64,000 nt of DNA. Source: Lingula anatina (lineage: Eukaryota; Animalia; Brachiopoda). A program made the translations under genes and the position numbers. The stretch lies in contig CM120640.1 of assembly GCA_051362555.1 (NCBI GenBank), forward strand, positions 10,664,001 to 10,728,000, written 5' to 3'. The notes under the pieces were generated by a model, which saw only the letters and a program-made list of their open reading frames with translations, was not told the DNA's origin and made no database searches. Of the stretch, positions 24,513 to 37,100 are shown one piece after another (position 1 is the stretch's first letter; every line of letters starts with the position of its first letter).

Positions 24513-25920
24513 TTATACAGACCACTATTTTTTCAATTATGAGAAAATTATCTAAAAATGTTCAAAAATCTACACTAATACATATCAATATGTGTATAAT
24601 CTCTTAATTCTTTAAAACAATATTTTATTATTGGTATTTTTGTTTTTGGTGCTATGGCATTTATCTTTTGTCTTCAGGAAAACTCCAGCAAATTTGAAAA
24701 GAAAGATGCCTTTTTTTTTCAAATTCAGATATCCCCACGATACTGTTAGAAAAAAATAAATAAGGAAGAGTAGACTATATAGCAAAAGGAATTCCAGTAA
24801 GCCTGAAGGCAAACAAAAAAAAAAAGACTCGTAGACATCCTAATCACAATAGAACATGTACCAATTCAAGTGTTAATGATGAACTATTACAGCCTTTAAC
24901 TTAGGAACAGGTTTAAGTTGTAACGTTAAACGTAAACACCTTCGTAATATATTGGAGTATATAGGAGTCCGGGCTATAAAAGACACGAACTATTTTGTAA
25001 ATAACAACGCAATTTTCTTTGAAAAAAATCTCTCCAGTAAATTGAATCAACAAGAGACTTCAAGTTTAACCCCTTATTTAGTCTAATTAAATGTAGTTTG
25101 TGTTGCCAACAGGGGGGCTGTCCGAACCTGATTTTGCAGCCGAAATAAGCTATCTCTTTATGCCTCCTTTCATTGGAGAGTTTGATGTTGTTTCGGTTGT
25201 TTACATGCACAAAACATGGAATTACAGACAAATTTAGTTTTAATACAAGAAAAAGAAGGAATAAGATAAATATTTCTAAAGTGTGAAAAGCGTGCTGTAC
25301 AAAGTCGTGTGGAGATCGGGTTGTGCTTGTACAAACACTGCGATGTGTTAATTGTCACGTCCGCCGCTCTCTCGGCCTGCTGACGTGCAAAATTTAGATC
25401 TACTTCATGATCTTTACAACGACGCTGATGACCTAGAGCCAGAACAAGGAACCCGTGATTATTTTTAAGCGGACAGCAGTGCACTTTATACTCAAAAAAG
25501 TGTTGGTTTGTTTTTCTCAATATGCCTAAATTTAAGTATTTTACTAATTAAGTTTGTACTAGAGGTGCAACACTGCACACTATTTAATACTGACTTCAAC
25601 AGGTCTTAATAGTGTAATTACAGTTACTACTTTTACTCTAATTCCTTATATTTAGGTCATTTTGATTGGGGTTTAATACAGTGTTTAGCATCATCATAGT
25701 AAGTATAATAGTTGTTGCAACTTCAACTTGATATCAATGCACAGCCCTCTCAGTTTCCTTATGTTTAATTATGATTCAAGTATAACAGACATATTTATTT
25801 TGCCATGCAAATAACACTGTCCTACATATGTATTAAATGCATTTGTTACTGACCTGCATAAGCATCATTTTCATTTTTTTTTTTCAGTTTAAATTTGGTT
25901 CATTGACAGAAGAAGTTTAA

Positions 25921-26193
25921 ATGGATGAAGAAACCTTTTCTGACGAAGATGGTGGCAGTAGGCACAAAAAGAAGCATTTGGGAATTCAAGATACCCTCGA
26001 CAGTTCCTGGTCCAAAAAGAAAGGAAGCAGATGGAGCTATGTGTGTAACTTATTGGGTTTAATATCAGCCTCTTTGTTCCTCTTCGTGATAATAATGTTT
26101 GGGCGGTCTTTTATGACAGAATGGCTATATAATGTGGATGATGAAGTTACTGATATTCATGAACCCAGCACCATTTCTCACCATCAGGACTAA
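25921..26193 (+). CDS. Uncharacterised single-pass membrane microprotein 2 (90 aa)
   Basis: ORF follows a strong acceptor (T-run + CAG ending 25887) with AAAATGG Kozak context. One TM segment, motif shared with microprotein 1, AATAAA at ~26747 and ~26883. A CpG-containing promoter-like region lies at 25300-25520. Confidence 0.75.
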   Translation: MDEETFSDEDGGSRHKKKHLGIQDTLDSSWSKKKGSRWSYVCNLLGLISASLFLFVIIMFGRSFMTEWLYNVDDEVTDIHEPSTISHHQD

Positions 26194-27620
26194 GGCAGAC
26201 TGTGCACGTACCATACGAAGAAAATAAGTCACAATGTCAGCAATTTTCATTTGAGGTCTAAAACATTACAATGGAAATCTTGTACTGTAAGGCTACCTGC
26301 TCTTATCAGCCTGCAGATCAGTGTGTAATCTTTCTGTTCCTTGGCGTTATGTTGTTGCACCTGCAATGTACATCAAAAGTTGTGATTCTTCAGAGAACTC
26401 CACATAATACGTTTGTCAAAAAAAAAAAAAAAAAAATGAAAGAAAGAAATCCATTACCAAAGGAAAACCCTTAATTGAAGGAAATCGGATTTACTAATTT
26501 CAATTGGTACCTGGAAGAGAGGGAATCAAGATCCTGTGTTGTTTGCAGTTTATATATGATCCAACAGTTATAACCAATCAATTCCGTATCTCACAGTATT
26601 TATGAATGTGATCACAGCCTTCATGTCATACTTTTCCTCCGTTTTGCCAAAAATCAAGCATTATGTACATGCCAAGAGTAATGGAATCTTTGTTGCTTAG
26701 AATGTATTTGATAGGTGATCTGGTTCCTTTCTCATATTTGGATCCCAATAAAAGTTTTCTGTGAAATTATAACATTATTTTTAACTTTTTCATGTGAACA
26801 TTATAGTTGATATATTTTAAATTGTGTGTATTATATTTTAATATATTGTAATTGACTGGTTTTCTATGTATTGTCTTAATCTAATAAAAGAACAAAATGA
26901 TTGTTTCATGTTTGCTTTACCTTAATGAAATAGGAGGATGATTGATCCAAACTAAAGCAGCATTACAAGTCAAGATTCAGTTTGATTAAATTCAAAATTT
27001 TTCAGGTAATATGAAACTTTTTCCTTTCATTCTTTAAATTATACTAGTTGAAACAATGTGTCGGCATTTGATTGGACTTTGCAGCCAAAAATGGACTTCA
27101 AATGCATTTTAAACATTTTGGGACAGACGTACTATCCCCCCTCCCCAATTCCCTTACTACATTTTAAATGCTAGACCAATAGATGGATAACACTGCTTCT
27201 TTAACTGGTTGACAAAGAAAAATTATAGCAAGGAATATGGCTAAAAACTAGTATACTGACAACAAGACTGATGTCACATACATAGAAAAGTTACTTTATT
27301 GTACCCATCTTACTCTTTACTAACAAAGACAGATGGAATGAAAATGACTTCCACTACCCACTAAATGGCCAGTAAAATAATTAGGCACTACCATCTGAAT
27401 AAAGGTCAGTTAAATAGTAACAAGTAAACTTGTTGTCTGAATGATTTTAATTAGTGGAAAATGGTCAATCTAACCACTGAGATCCTTACATTCAATATCA
27501 AATTATGTTTGATGATGACATATATTTGTGATGCTTGATAGGCAGATTTTATTCATGTATGTGAAAAGAAAGGTATCTTGCAAATTGTCCATTCTAACAG
27601 ATAAAGGTTCTCTTATGAAA

Positions 27621-28049
27621 TCAGTATCTGTACTTAGTTGAATAATCCTTCGGAGAAACCACAAGACCTCTGCCTTTCCTTGCACCTCTGTACACAGTTT
27701 CAATAATGTCCACGAATTCTTGCTCATCTTCCATGGCCCAATTAATTTTGTTGTTGTTTCCTGTGCCCAAGTCAATCATAATATGTTTGTTGCGGTAGAA
27801 AAACATGCAAGTACATGGATCATATAACTCATACATTTTGTTAAAATCTGGAACTTCAGTAACATCTACTAAATATACAACTGCAAAGTTTTTCACTTTT
27901 TCTGCCACTTTATACAGTGTTTCATCCATGATCATACAGGTAGGATCCCAGTCATGTCCAAAACGAATGATTACCACCCGGTCTTCTTCAGACAAAATTG
28001 CTTGATCCACTTGCCAGCCATTCTCTAAATGTGGTAACATGTAAGACAT
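27621..28049 (-). CDS. TXNL4A: Thioredoxin-like protein 4A (DIM1, U5 snRNP 15 kDa), 142 aa, single coding exon
   Basis: MSYMLPHL...VIIRFGHDWDPTCM...PKDYSTKYRY is the highly conserved Dim1 sequence. Acceptor at 28109-28110 in the 5' UTR; minus-strand AATAAA at ~27295-27300. Confidence 0.98.
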   Translation of the reverse strand: MSYMLPHLENGWQVDQAILSEEDRVVIIRFGHDWDPTCMIMDETLYKVAEKVKNFAVVYLVDVTEVPDFNKMYELYDPCTCMFFYRNKHIMIDLGTGNNNKINWAMEDEQEFVDIIETVYRGARKGRGLVVSPKDYSTKYRY

Positions 28050-28187
28050 GCTGACTTCAGTTTCGAATGACCTGACGCAGATACAACAATCCTTTGGTTT
28101 TGAACCAACTGAAAAAAAGACAAGAACTAATGTTTACAATTGACAAAAGGGTGGTTGTTGGTAATTTAATAAGTTAAACTCATATTG

Positions 28188-28549
28188 CAGACATGCTGAA
28201 AACTTTTCAGAATGGCCGGACATTTGGACCGGCAGTAATGAAAAATTTGCCGGACTGAATGGATCTTTGTCGGACCGAAAATCACCCTATTCATTTGATA
28301 CAGATACTACTGGTACGATTCGGGTAGCTTACTTAGTTTGTGAATGTGACAGGTTTGAAATGGAAGGGAAAAAAAGCATTGGGTTTTATATAATTTTATT
28401 AGTGAAGTATGTCGAATGATGACTGTAAATTCAAAATTGCTGCTCTTAAAACTTGTTCGGTCCTTTCGGCCTACCAAGTCCAATTTTTTACCGGTCCAGA
28501 CAAATTTTCCCGGTCATGACTGATCGGACCGACAGTTTCAGCATGTCTG
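28188..28549. mobile_element. MITE with CAGACATGCTGAAA TIRs
   Basis: 14-bp TIR, 5-bp TSD TATTG; same TIR as 50466-51785. Confidence 0.8.
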
Positions 28550-30094
28550 TATTGAGGCTTTATATGCTTGCTGCAGGTGAAATCTTTTGGCTGCATTGGG
28601 GAAACATAAGAGACATTAAAACTGAAGTGATGGACAACCATACATTCTTATCTACAGTATAACTGCCTGGTATCTTTAGAAAATGTCAAAATGTCGATGC
28701 ATTCAGATTGCTAAGATTTCCTGTACATTTCAGAAAGATGTATCAACATCAGATCATATATGTATCTAAGTTTTATTGTTTTTAAGGTCTGAGGCTTTGC
28801 AGGACAACTAGACATAAAAAATGACCATTGGGCAGTCTCAAACATGAATAGTATACCTTTTAATCCATCTATAAATATTTAACCAATTTTTAAAATAAGT
28901 TTATGGTAAGAGAAGAGTTTCATTAGCTCTGTATGTATCAATTTAAATTATTGTTTTTCTTTTTATCAAGAGCTTATAAAATATGTAGGTTTTACCTCCA
29001 ATATTTCTGTGACTGTCAGTCACCATCATCAGGGAGTAAATGACTAGGGTCATTTCACCTGGAATGAAAATCCAGGTCAATTGCCCCTAATCACTGGCCT
29101 TGTGTTGTAACTGTTACATCTTCCCCCCCCCCCCCCCCCCCCTGGATGTTTGCAGGTATGTTCTCCAAGGGCTGATTTCCAGTTGTTTTTGGCCACTGAG
29201 TCTTTGTGTTCTTTCATTGTAGCAGAAGGCTTATGCTAGACATACCCACTGCATTTCTCTGTGAACACAACTTCACCCTAGGTGTGAAAAAGGTATATCC
29301 CTGTTTGTGTTATTAAACGTATTAATTGCTGTAAACATTAGGTCAAGCATGGACTCAGACCTATTCTTGGTGCCCAGCTGTGTGATACCCCATAATCATT
29401 GGTACTTTTGTAGTATTCCTTCTCCTTTTAAATATGTAACTTTAATCCTAATCCAAATTAAGTTATGTGGTGACTTTATTCAAAGTCTAACTTATTTTTT
29501 ATTGTTTTCTATTACTCCTTCAGGTTCTTTGACCAGGACCGTAGCAATCGTCCGAAGGTTCACTGGTCTGAACTTCAATTGTCCGAATTAATGCATGAAT
29601 TAAATGTAAGTGTACTGGTAATAAAGTTAAGTTCATCGCAGGCATGTGCACATGGCATATGATTTTTGGACCAATGAATCTTCAGACCAATGAACCTTTG
29701 GATTAGCGAGACCCCCCCCCCCCCTTGACCAATGAGATTACAGCAAGTTTCCCCCTTGCCCTAACCATGGCTCCCATATCTTAGGAAGACATTAAGTGTC
29801 ATGTAAATCTTAAAGTTGGGTATCGGAGACATTGAGTGTGTTCAGTGGACTAACAGATTCGCGGATCAAATATGGCTGACCTACTTGAATGCTTGTTGCG
29901 TAATCCTTGCAGAGAACCCATTTAATGTCTAATTGGGAATTTAGCTGCAAGCTTTTTAGTGGGTCGTTATATTTGATCCATGGATCTATTAGTCTGCTGT
30001 TTTGAATGCACTCATTGATCAAAGTCGCCACACAAATTAATTTAGAAAAGACATTTAATATCACAGTTTTATGGTGGGGGAGGGGGTGGGACTG

Positions 30095-30460
30095 CAAATG
30101 TGCAATACGCCTCTACAAAAAAGTGATACACTAGAAAAAAGCAAAACACTAGAAAAAAAAAAAGAGTCCAGTTGCAAGTAAACACAGGAAATGGTTATTT
30201 GCAGGAAAACAGGGCAATATAGAGACAAAATAATTAATAGTTTTGATGCAACTTAACAAATTGGAATGAGCTGTTTATAGTTGGGTCTTCTACTCTGTTG
30301 GCTAGTGGCTCTTCTTGGCAATGGCGATATTAATGACATAGTAATATATATTGCTTTTATATCACCCTATTTTCTCGGGAATGACTGTTTCCTGTTTACT
30401 TTCAACTGTACTGGTCTTTTTTAAGTGTATTGCACTGTTTTGTGGTGTATTGCACATTTT
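30095..30460. mobile_element. Old palindromic MITE
   Basis: AAATGTGCAATAC...CCAGTTGCAAGTAAACACAGGAAA is mirrored by TTTCCTGTTTACTTTCAACTG...GTATTGCACATTT. Confidence 0.55.
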
Positions 30461-30492
30461 AAGTAGACACCAGCAAAAGTGCCCTATTCTAT

Positions 30493-31043
30493 GAGCGCAT
30501 TCTCAACGAATTAAGCCAGGCTTTACAAAACCCGTGACCTAAAAATGGCGGACGTACATGAAAGAAAAAACGCCTAATCTTTTAATAGTCTCTCCGCCTC
30601 TCACACGCCTCCCCACACGTCGTCCCTGCGGGGTACAGTAATTAAATCTCGGCTCCGAACATTAATATTTCCGTGAATATCTCTGGTGATATTATCTCCT
30701 TAGATAGTCGATTCATTGCTGCTCATTGCTGCCAAATTATTCCTTTTTCGTTTTCTCTGTTTTCAAAGATAATAGAACAGAAGAGCTTTTTTTTTTTCGA
30801 TCGCCTTCAGCCGCTATGCCTTCTTCACCACGAGTTTAACTGATGAGCATGCGCACTTAATATTTCTCAGGTAGCTTCCGCATGGCGAACGGAGCCGAAA
30901 TTTAATTACTGTACCCCGCAGGGACGACGTGTGGGGAGGCGGAGAGACTATTAAAAGATTAGGCGGTTTTTCTTTCATGTACATCCGCCATTTTTAGGTC
31001 ACCGGCTTTGTAAAGCCTGGCTTAATTCGTTGAGAATGCGCTC
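30493..31043. mobile_element. Foldback element with ~160-bp inverted arms, possibly two nested MITEs
   Basis: Arms 30493-30657 and 30890-31043, TAT flanks. Inner TAGTCTCTCCGCC...GGCGGAGAGACTA unit (30586-30950) is flanked by TTAA. Confidence 0.8.
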
Positions 31044-31473
31044 TATGACTATGCCACCTGCACCCTACTGGCGAGTAGGGTGCAGAGTTAAAAAGCTTGA
31101 TCACCTCAAATTTAACAGGGGGCTCTTCTGCAATTTTGTAACAGGTTGTACTAGAGCCCCAAGTGACATCAGAGGTGTAACTGTAGGTGCAAGTAACGGT
31201 GGGGGCTGTGTAGTGGATTATTGGCATTAATATGATAAAATGCCCATACCACACCTTGACCATAATGGTTGTTTGGTTGGGTTTTGCACTTATTTTTGTC
31301 GCTCGAGCAACCAAATCTTGACCAGCACAGCACGTGGTTGCGCTGATGCCTACTGATGAAAATTTGTACCTTAAATTTCATCATTTAAACCAACTTCAGA
31401 CAAACATGCCGTCAGTAGCAACAGAGCATAGGTACACCAGAAAAAAAATTAGAATGTGCCAGATATAAACACA

Positions 31474-31740
31474 AGTTATATTTTCTGAAAAGTCTTTTCA
31501 TCCAGAATGTAATACTTTTGGAATTTTGATATTATCTCTAAAATTAGAGGAAATATCACAATTTTTTAAAATAGCAATATTCGGGCAAATGTACGTGTAC
31601 TCACATTTTATAGTTATATTTTCTGAAAAGTCTTTTCATCCAGAATGTAATACTTTTGGAATTTTGATATTATCTCTAAAATTAGAGGAAATATCACAAT
31701 TTTTTAAAATAGCAATATTCGGGCAAATGTACGTGTACTC
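31474..31740 (+). repeat. Exact tandem duplication, period 138 bp
   Basis: AGTTATATTTTCTGAAAAGTC...GTACGTGTACTC occurs at 31474 and again at 31612. Confidence 0.9.
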
Positions 31741-33435
31741 CCATTTTAGCCAGAAAGCTGTGACCACTGAGCGCTTTTGTACCACCTTAAAAATATACTT
31801 CACCTTCATCAATTTTCATGGGGTTTGTTGCACAACACTACAAATGTTCTATACTCTCACAAAGTATAAAAAAATAGGCAAAGAGAGATTATTACTCTGC
31901 AAGGATTTGCAGAGTATATTCTTTGCTTTTGTGTTTTCGCAGCACATGGTTAAGCGGGCAGGATGCCAAGATAAAAGGCTTGTTTGCCAGGAACATGCAT
32001 GGTTAAAAGGGCAGAGGAAGTTGAACGGCCGCCAGAAGTCCTTCGATGAAACACGCAAATTTGACGTTTTTGACGTGAAAATCGTTTTTTGAGACGAGGT
32101 AGGTGTTACGAGGGGGTAAATGTATGCGTCGTATGACAGAGGGTTGCTTCGTTTAATTTGTGATTAATTAATTTGATTAATTGTGACATTCAATTTGCAG
32201 TTATTAGTGTTTAAACGCGAGGCGAAAAGGAAAAATTATAGGTTTTCTTTTGTCAACGAATGCATGTTTAGACTTTGTGCACGCGACACTACTGATCTAT
32301 TAACTACTTCAGTTGAATAGGTGGAAGAGCTGAAGCGGTAACGCGTTCGGTTTAAGCAGGAGGTCCCGGGCCCTGGTGTGGCCATTTAATTTTTTTTTGC
32401 TTTATTATTTTGTTTCTATTTTATGTTTCAATTATATTTTGTTTCTATTTTTTGTTTCAATTATATAGTAATTGTTTAAATTTAACATGAATAGATGATG
32501 TAATGAATTAAATTACCTACTGCAAAGCAAGCCAAAAGGTAGGTGAACTGTGTTTTATGTTTATTTTAATTGTGTATTCATGGCTTTTACCAAAAGGTAC
32601 AATTTTAACTGTGTGGCGTGTGATTGTTTTTTTTTCTCTTTTTTTTATACTGCAAATGCAGAAGCATTTGTTTTTGTTTTTATTTTTTTTTTTTGCTTTA
32701 TTTTGTTTCTATTTTTTTTGTTACATATTTAAGCATATGTTAACATTTTTTTATTTATTTATATGAAAAGATAGTTACATTATTATCAGATATCTTCTTA
32801 TGAAATAGACCAAAAAATATGGCAATCATATAATGCAGTGTAAAACAAAGATGGAATAAATATGCTTCCAGTACAACTTGCATTTTCTTGTTTAATTTGT
32901 AATTAAAGCAATAATAACTCTTCGTTTCGGCCAAAAAAGAATTTTCCTGGAGTAAACAACAATTTTCCCATACTTACCAATGGTTAATGAATCCATTTTT
33001 ACATTCAAAGTTAGTCCCTGGTTTTTTTCTAAAAAGTTTGGTTTTTTGTTAAAATCTCTTAAGAGATTTTAACAGAGTATAGACATCAATGGAGGTCACG
33101 TGGTCTAAAGACAAGTTCAGATATCAGAATAAAAGCTATAACTGCTGTTTTTTGGTAAAACAGAATATATTATATTTCTATGAGTTATTCACAAGGTTTT
33201 TACTGTGAAATATAGATATCATACGAAGAGTTATTATCCCTTTAAATCTAAATATTACTAGATTCAAAACTGAATAAAAATTAAAATTAAATTGAAATTG
33301 TAAGAAATTTACAAAATTTGCAGAGTTTTTTGCTCTATGACGTATGAGCAATTTTATTGTATAGGTCGTTAAACAGTGTGCCTCAGACCTCAGTGATCAC
33401 TGGTCACATATGCAGGCCAGAGATGCTGCAGGACA

Positions 33436-33510
33436 GGGGCCCGTTTCACAACGCTGTTAATCAGTCTATTAGATATTCTAACTAACGACAGCTTCGTGAA
33501 GCAGGCCCTC
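33436..33510. mobile_element. Tiny MITE remnant
   Basis: GGGCCCGTTTCACAA...TTCGTGAAGCAGGCCC imperfect TIRs. Confidence 0.45.
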
Positions 33511-33699
33511 AGGACTGACTGTGGCGTCTCTCGTGCATTTTGATATACCTACACGCTACCGTACAAAATGTTAATGTCGAGCCCTGCTTGTACGTGGGAA
33601 GTATCAGCATCGGTTATATGATTCTTGGAGTGGTTGCTTAGAACTCAGTTAATGCATAACTTTCATGTAAAATTTTGTTGTAGGTTATTTCTCACACAT

Positions 33700-34104
33700 T
33701 TAAAATACTTACCACAAACTAGGCAAAACTTACACACAAAATACGTTCGTGTTACCACCGGATGTTTCCTTCTCTTCAAATCTCAGAATATATCGTTTGT
33801 TTTTCCAATTTTTAGAAACAATAAAGATTCATGCAGACATTTTTAACGCTTTCTACAGACATTTCTAACAGTATGTCAACAAAAAAATGACCATTTCTCA
33901 TGAAAACTAAAAATATATAAGTCCTTTGTGAGGTGTCACTCGTTTTCAAAATGAAAACTGTCAATTGACATACATCTAAAACGAGGCAATTTATAGGAAG
34001 GCGAGTGAGTGGGTTACTCCACTGACTCGGAACTACTCGGATGTCTCCGCACAGCTTGCGGAGTCAGCCGAGGATTGCCGATTGTGGTTTACTCCTGTGT
34101 CAAG
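33700..34104. promoter_or_regulatory. Probable bidirectional promoter of TXNL4A (-) and NDUFA9 (+)
   Basis: Minus-strand donors GTAAGT at ~33712 and ~33733 could close the TXNL4A first exon. CpG-rich stretch 34000-34100; YY1-like CAAGATGGCG overlaps the NDUFA9 ATG. Confidence 0.5.
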
Positions 34105-37100
34105 ATGGCGACCTTGGTGGCCAGGGGAGTCATACGTTTTGGAGGTATACGTTTGTTCTCGCTTTGTTCTTAGATCCAAGCATGATTTAAACAGCCAATT
34201 TATACCTTGTTATACCTTTACATATTACACCTTTACATATTAAGTATCTTCTTGTGCTGTTTCAAGCGGTGGATCTGATGGGGATGCCGTTACTGATCGG
34301 TTGTGTAAAGGCCAAAAAACAGTTCTACAATGAATTTGATATGTATTTCTCTATTTTTTTTAGCTCACCGCCCCTATGCTGTCAATGGGACAGCTGTCAA
34401 AAGCAAGCGATATACAAGCACTATTACAAAGTATAAACGAGGTGTTGGAGGGCGCTCTTCCTTCAGCGGCACTGTTGCAACTGTCTTTGGTGCCAGTGGA
34501 AACGTAGGCCGAGGGCTTGTCAATAGGCTAGGTAGAAAAAATAATATAAAAAATCCATTTTCACTAAAATTCACTATTTGGCTTTCAAATACTAACAAAT
34601 ATATGTCACAATGCAAACTATGTGGAAAATAATGGTATGATGACTAAATATGAAGTAGGGCCTTTTCTTCATGGGTGTCCAGATCCCATGGGTATGAAAA
34701 TTAGGATTTTTTCGTGATATATATTTTCATTTTCTTCAATTCCATTTTTTTATACACATTTCACATTGCATTTTAATAGAAGTTGTGTTGCAGTATATAT
34801 TTTCTCATTTGGCTGTAATTTTTCAGTTTTAATTTTCTTTCCCATCATAGAACATTTAAAGATATTTTGTCTCCATTCTTGTTTAAAAATACTTTTTTGT
34901 TTGTAAATAGTCTCTAAAATAGTGTTTAAATGTATTTAAAGCCTACTAGTATTTGCATCCTGTAGTGAGTTTTTAAGTTTGGAATTTAGATTTTAACAGT
35001 TATAAAAATTCATGTAAAGAACTTATTTGAGGCATGACATGAAACTTTGGCGTGAAATGAAAGGAGTAGTAGTTCACATGGCTTACAAAATAAACAAAAC
35101 GGATGTGAAGGTTTTGACATCGTGCAGACTTTGTTTCTTTTTGTCTTCAGCTTTATGTTGTATACTATCTTAAGATTTTCTTAAGGAAACTAATGAATAA
35201 AATTTATGGTTAATAGGTTTCTTGGAACTATGGAGTCATGTCAAGGATGTAATTTTTTTTTACTAAGTATTGCACTGTGAAGGTGTTTTTTTTTTTTTAG
35301 GTTAAGTTGAGGACTCAATTGTTCAAATTTCACAAGCACTTCTCAAGGTTAATTTTTGTCTTCTATTGTGGCCCTGGCATTCTAATAATTAACCATAAAA
35401 GGCGGAGGGCTCTATTAGTGGAGATTGCAATGAATATTGTTATCTGCTGTCTATAAAGGGGCCCGCACACGGTGAGCATTCGGCGCGCGCCACTTGCGCT
35501 GCGCCAGATGCTCGCGCTCCTCAGCTCCCTGCAAACGATGTGCTCTTTGCTCAGCAGAGGTGCCTCCCGGCCTGCCCCTAGCGGACGCACTGTGAACTGT
35601 GGAATCATGTGTTTAAGGAAACATTACATATTGTTGTTTTTTCTGATAGTAATGGATAATGGTGACCACGTTAATCAATCAGACTAACTATAACTGTGTA
35701 CATTTTTGTTGACTTCGCTGGGGGCTGCCATTTTTGTTTGTTTCCGGCTACTGGCACATGCGCATTGTTAGCATGGCGTGAGCAATCGGCGCTTGCACCC
35801 CGCACACGCTGAGACATTTGCCTCAAGAGACCAAAAAAAATCAAACACGTGAGAAATTTTGCTCAGCCGCGTGTGAGACAAAAATCTCACCAAAATACCC
35901 CCACACACGATGAGAAATCGGCGCAGCGCAAGTGGTGCGCGCCAAATGCTCACCGTGTGCGGGCCCCTTAATATACGTAATTTTGTCAACCTTGAAATAA
36001 GATTTGGAAAGAACACCATTCAGGTTTTATAGAGGCAGTTGTTAATTTTATCATTTGATATGATAAGTTTATTTTCTTTCCATTATCAGGAAAAACAGGA
36101 AGCCAGGTGATAGTGCCCTACAGGGGAGCTGACTATGATGTGAAGGATCTGAAGCTATCTGGAGATCTTGGGCAAATTCTTTTTACAGTACGTGCATAAG
36201 TCTATGAATGACTTCTCTATTTTCACCCTAGACAGAGAGTTGTGCCTAAATTGTGAAGGTATCATTATTTGGATTTTCCAACCAAACCATATTTTCCTCA
36301 AAAAAAGAAAAGTAAATTATTTTCTCTTACTCACAATTTATAACTCTTCCCATCCATGCACTTTGATTTGATGTTTTATACCATTTCTAGTTAATTTAAT
36401 CCTTAAAGACTGACCAGTCACTAAGACTGGGTTCCCATACTAAGATTGATCCATCTGGATCGACCTAACTCCCTGGGGGTTCACGCTAAATTGCTATCAG
36501 CTCAAGAGGCCTAAATGTCTGTCACGCCTACCAAATCAGCTAGTGGTAAAGATAGTTACCCCCTAACAGCTTTACTAGGCGTGACAGATGTTTAAGCTGG
36601 TTAGTATGATAGCAATTTAGTGAGACTCCCCAGGGAGATAGATTGATCCAAATATCTGTGGGAATGGTCTCTTAGACTACTATGTCTTCCAGTGTAACAT
36701 GAAAATCTGACTCCCATGAAAATCTTACTTTTTAATTAATTAATCCCTTTTTATGTAAAGACACAGATGTGTCTGTACATATTGCCATCACCTGCGTCTG
36801 TCGTCGCCCTCGCCGTCGCCGATCATGTCGCCGTCGCCGTGCACTTTTAGCGTTAACACCATAAGTGGAAGACAATTTTACTTTTTGGCTTTATATTTAC
36901 AGAGCTGACTAATATTCATAAAACGCAGGTCAAGTTCGAAAATCAGCATGATGGGGCCATTATTGTAGAATTTATGCTGTTTTTTCACTTTTTAGCATAT
37001 ATGCAACACTGTTAACACATTTCAAGGAAAACCGATAGGCCTGTTGTCATGAAACTCACAGGAGTAATCAATCTTACTAAAACGCAGATCAAGTTCAAAA

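Noticed and set aside
31526-32092. 188-aa ORF
   Set aside because: Inflated by an exact 138-bp tandem duplication, non-ATG start, no splice context or domain.
32310-32385. tRNA gene or tRNA-derived SINE head
   Set aside because: Only vague A/B-box resemblance; I could not fold a cloverleaf.
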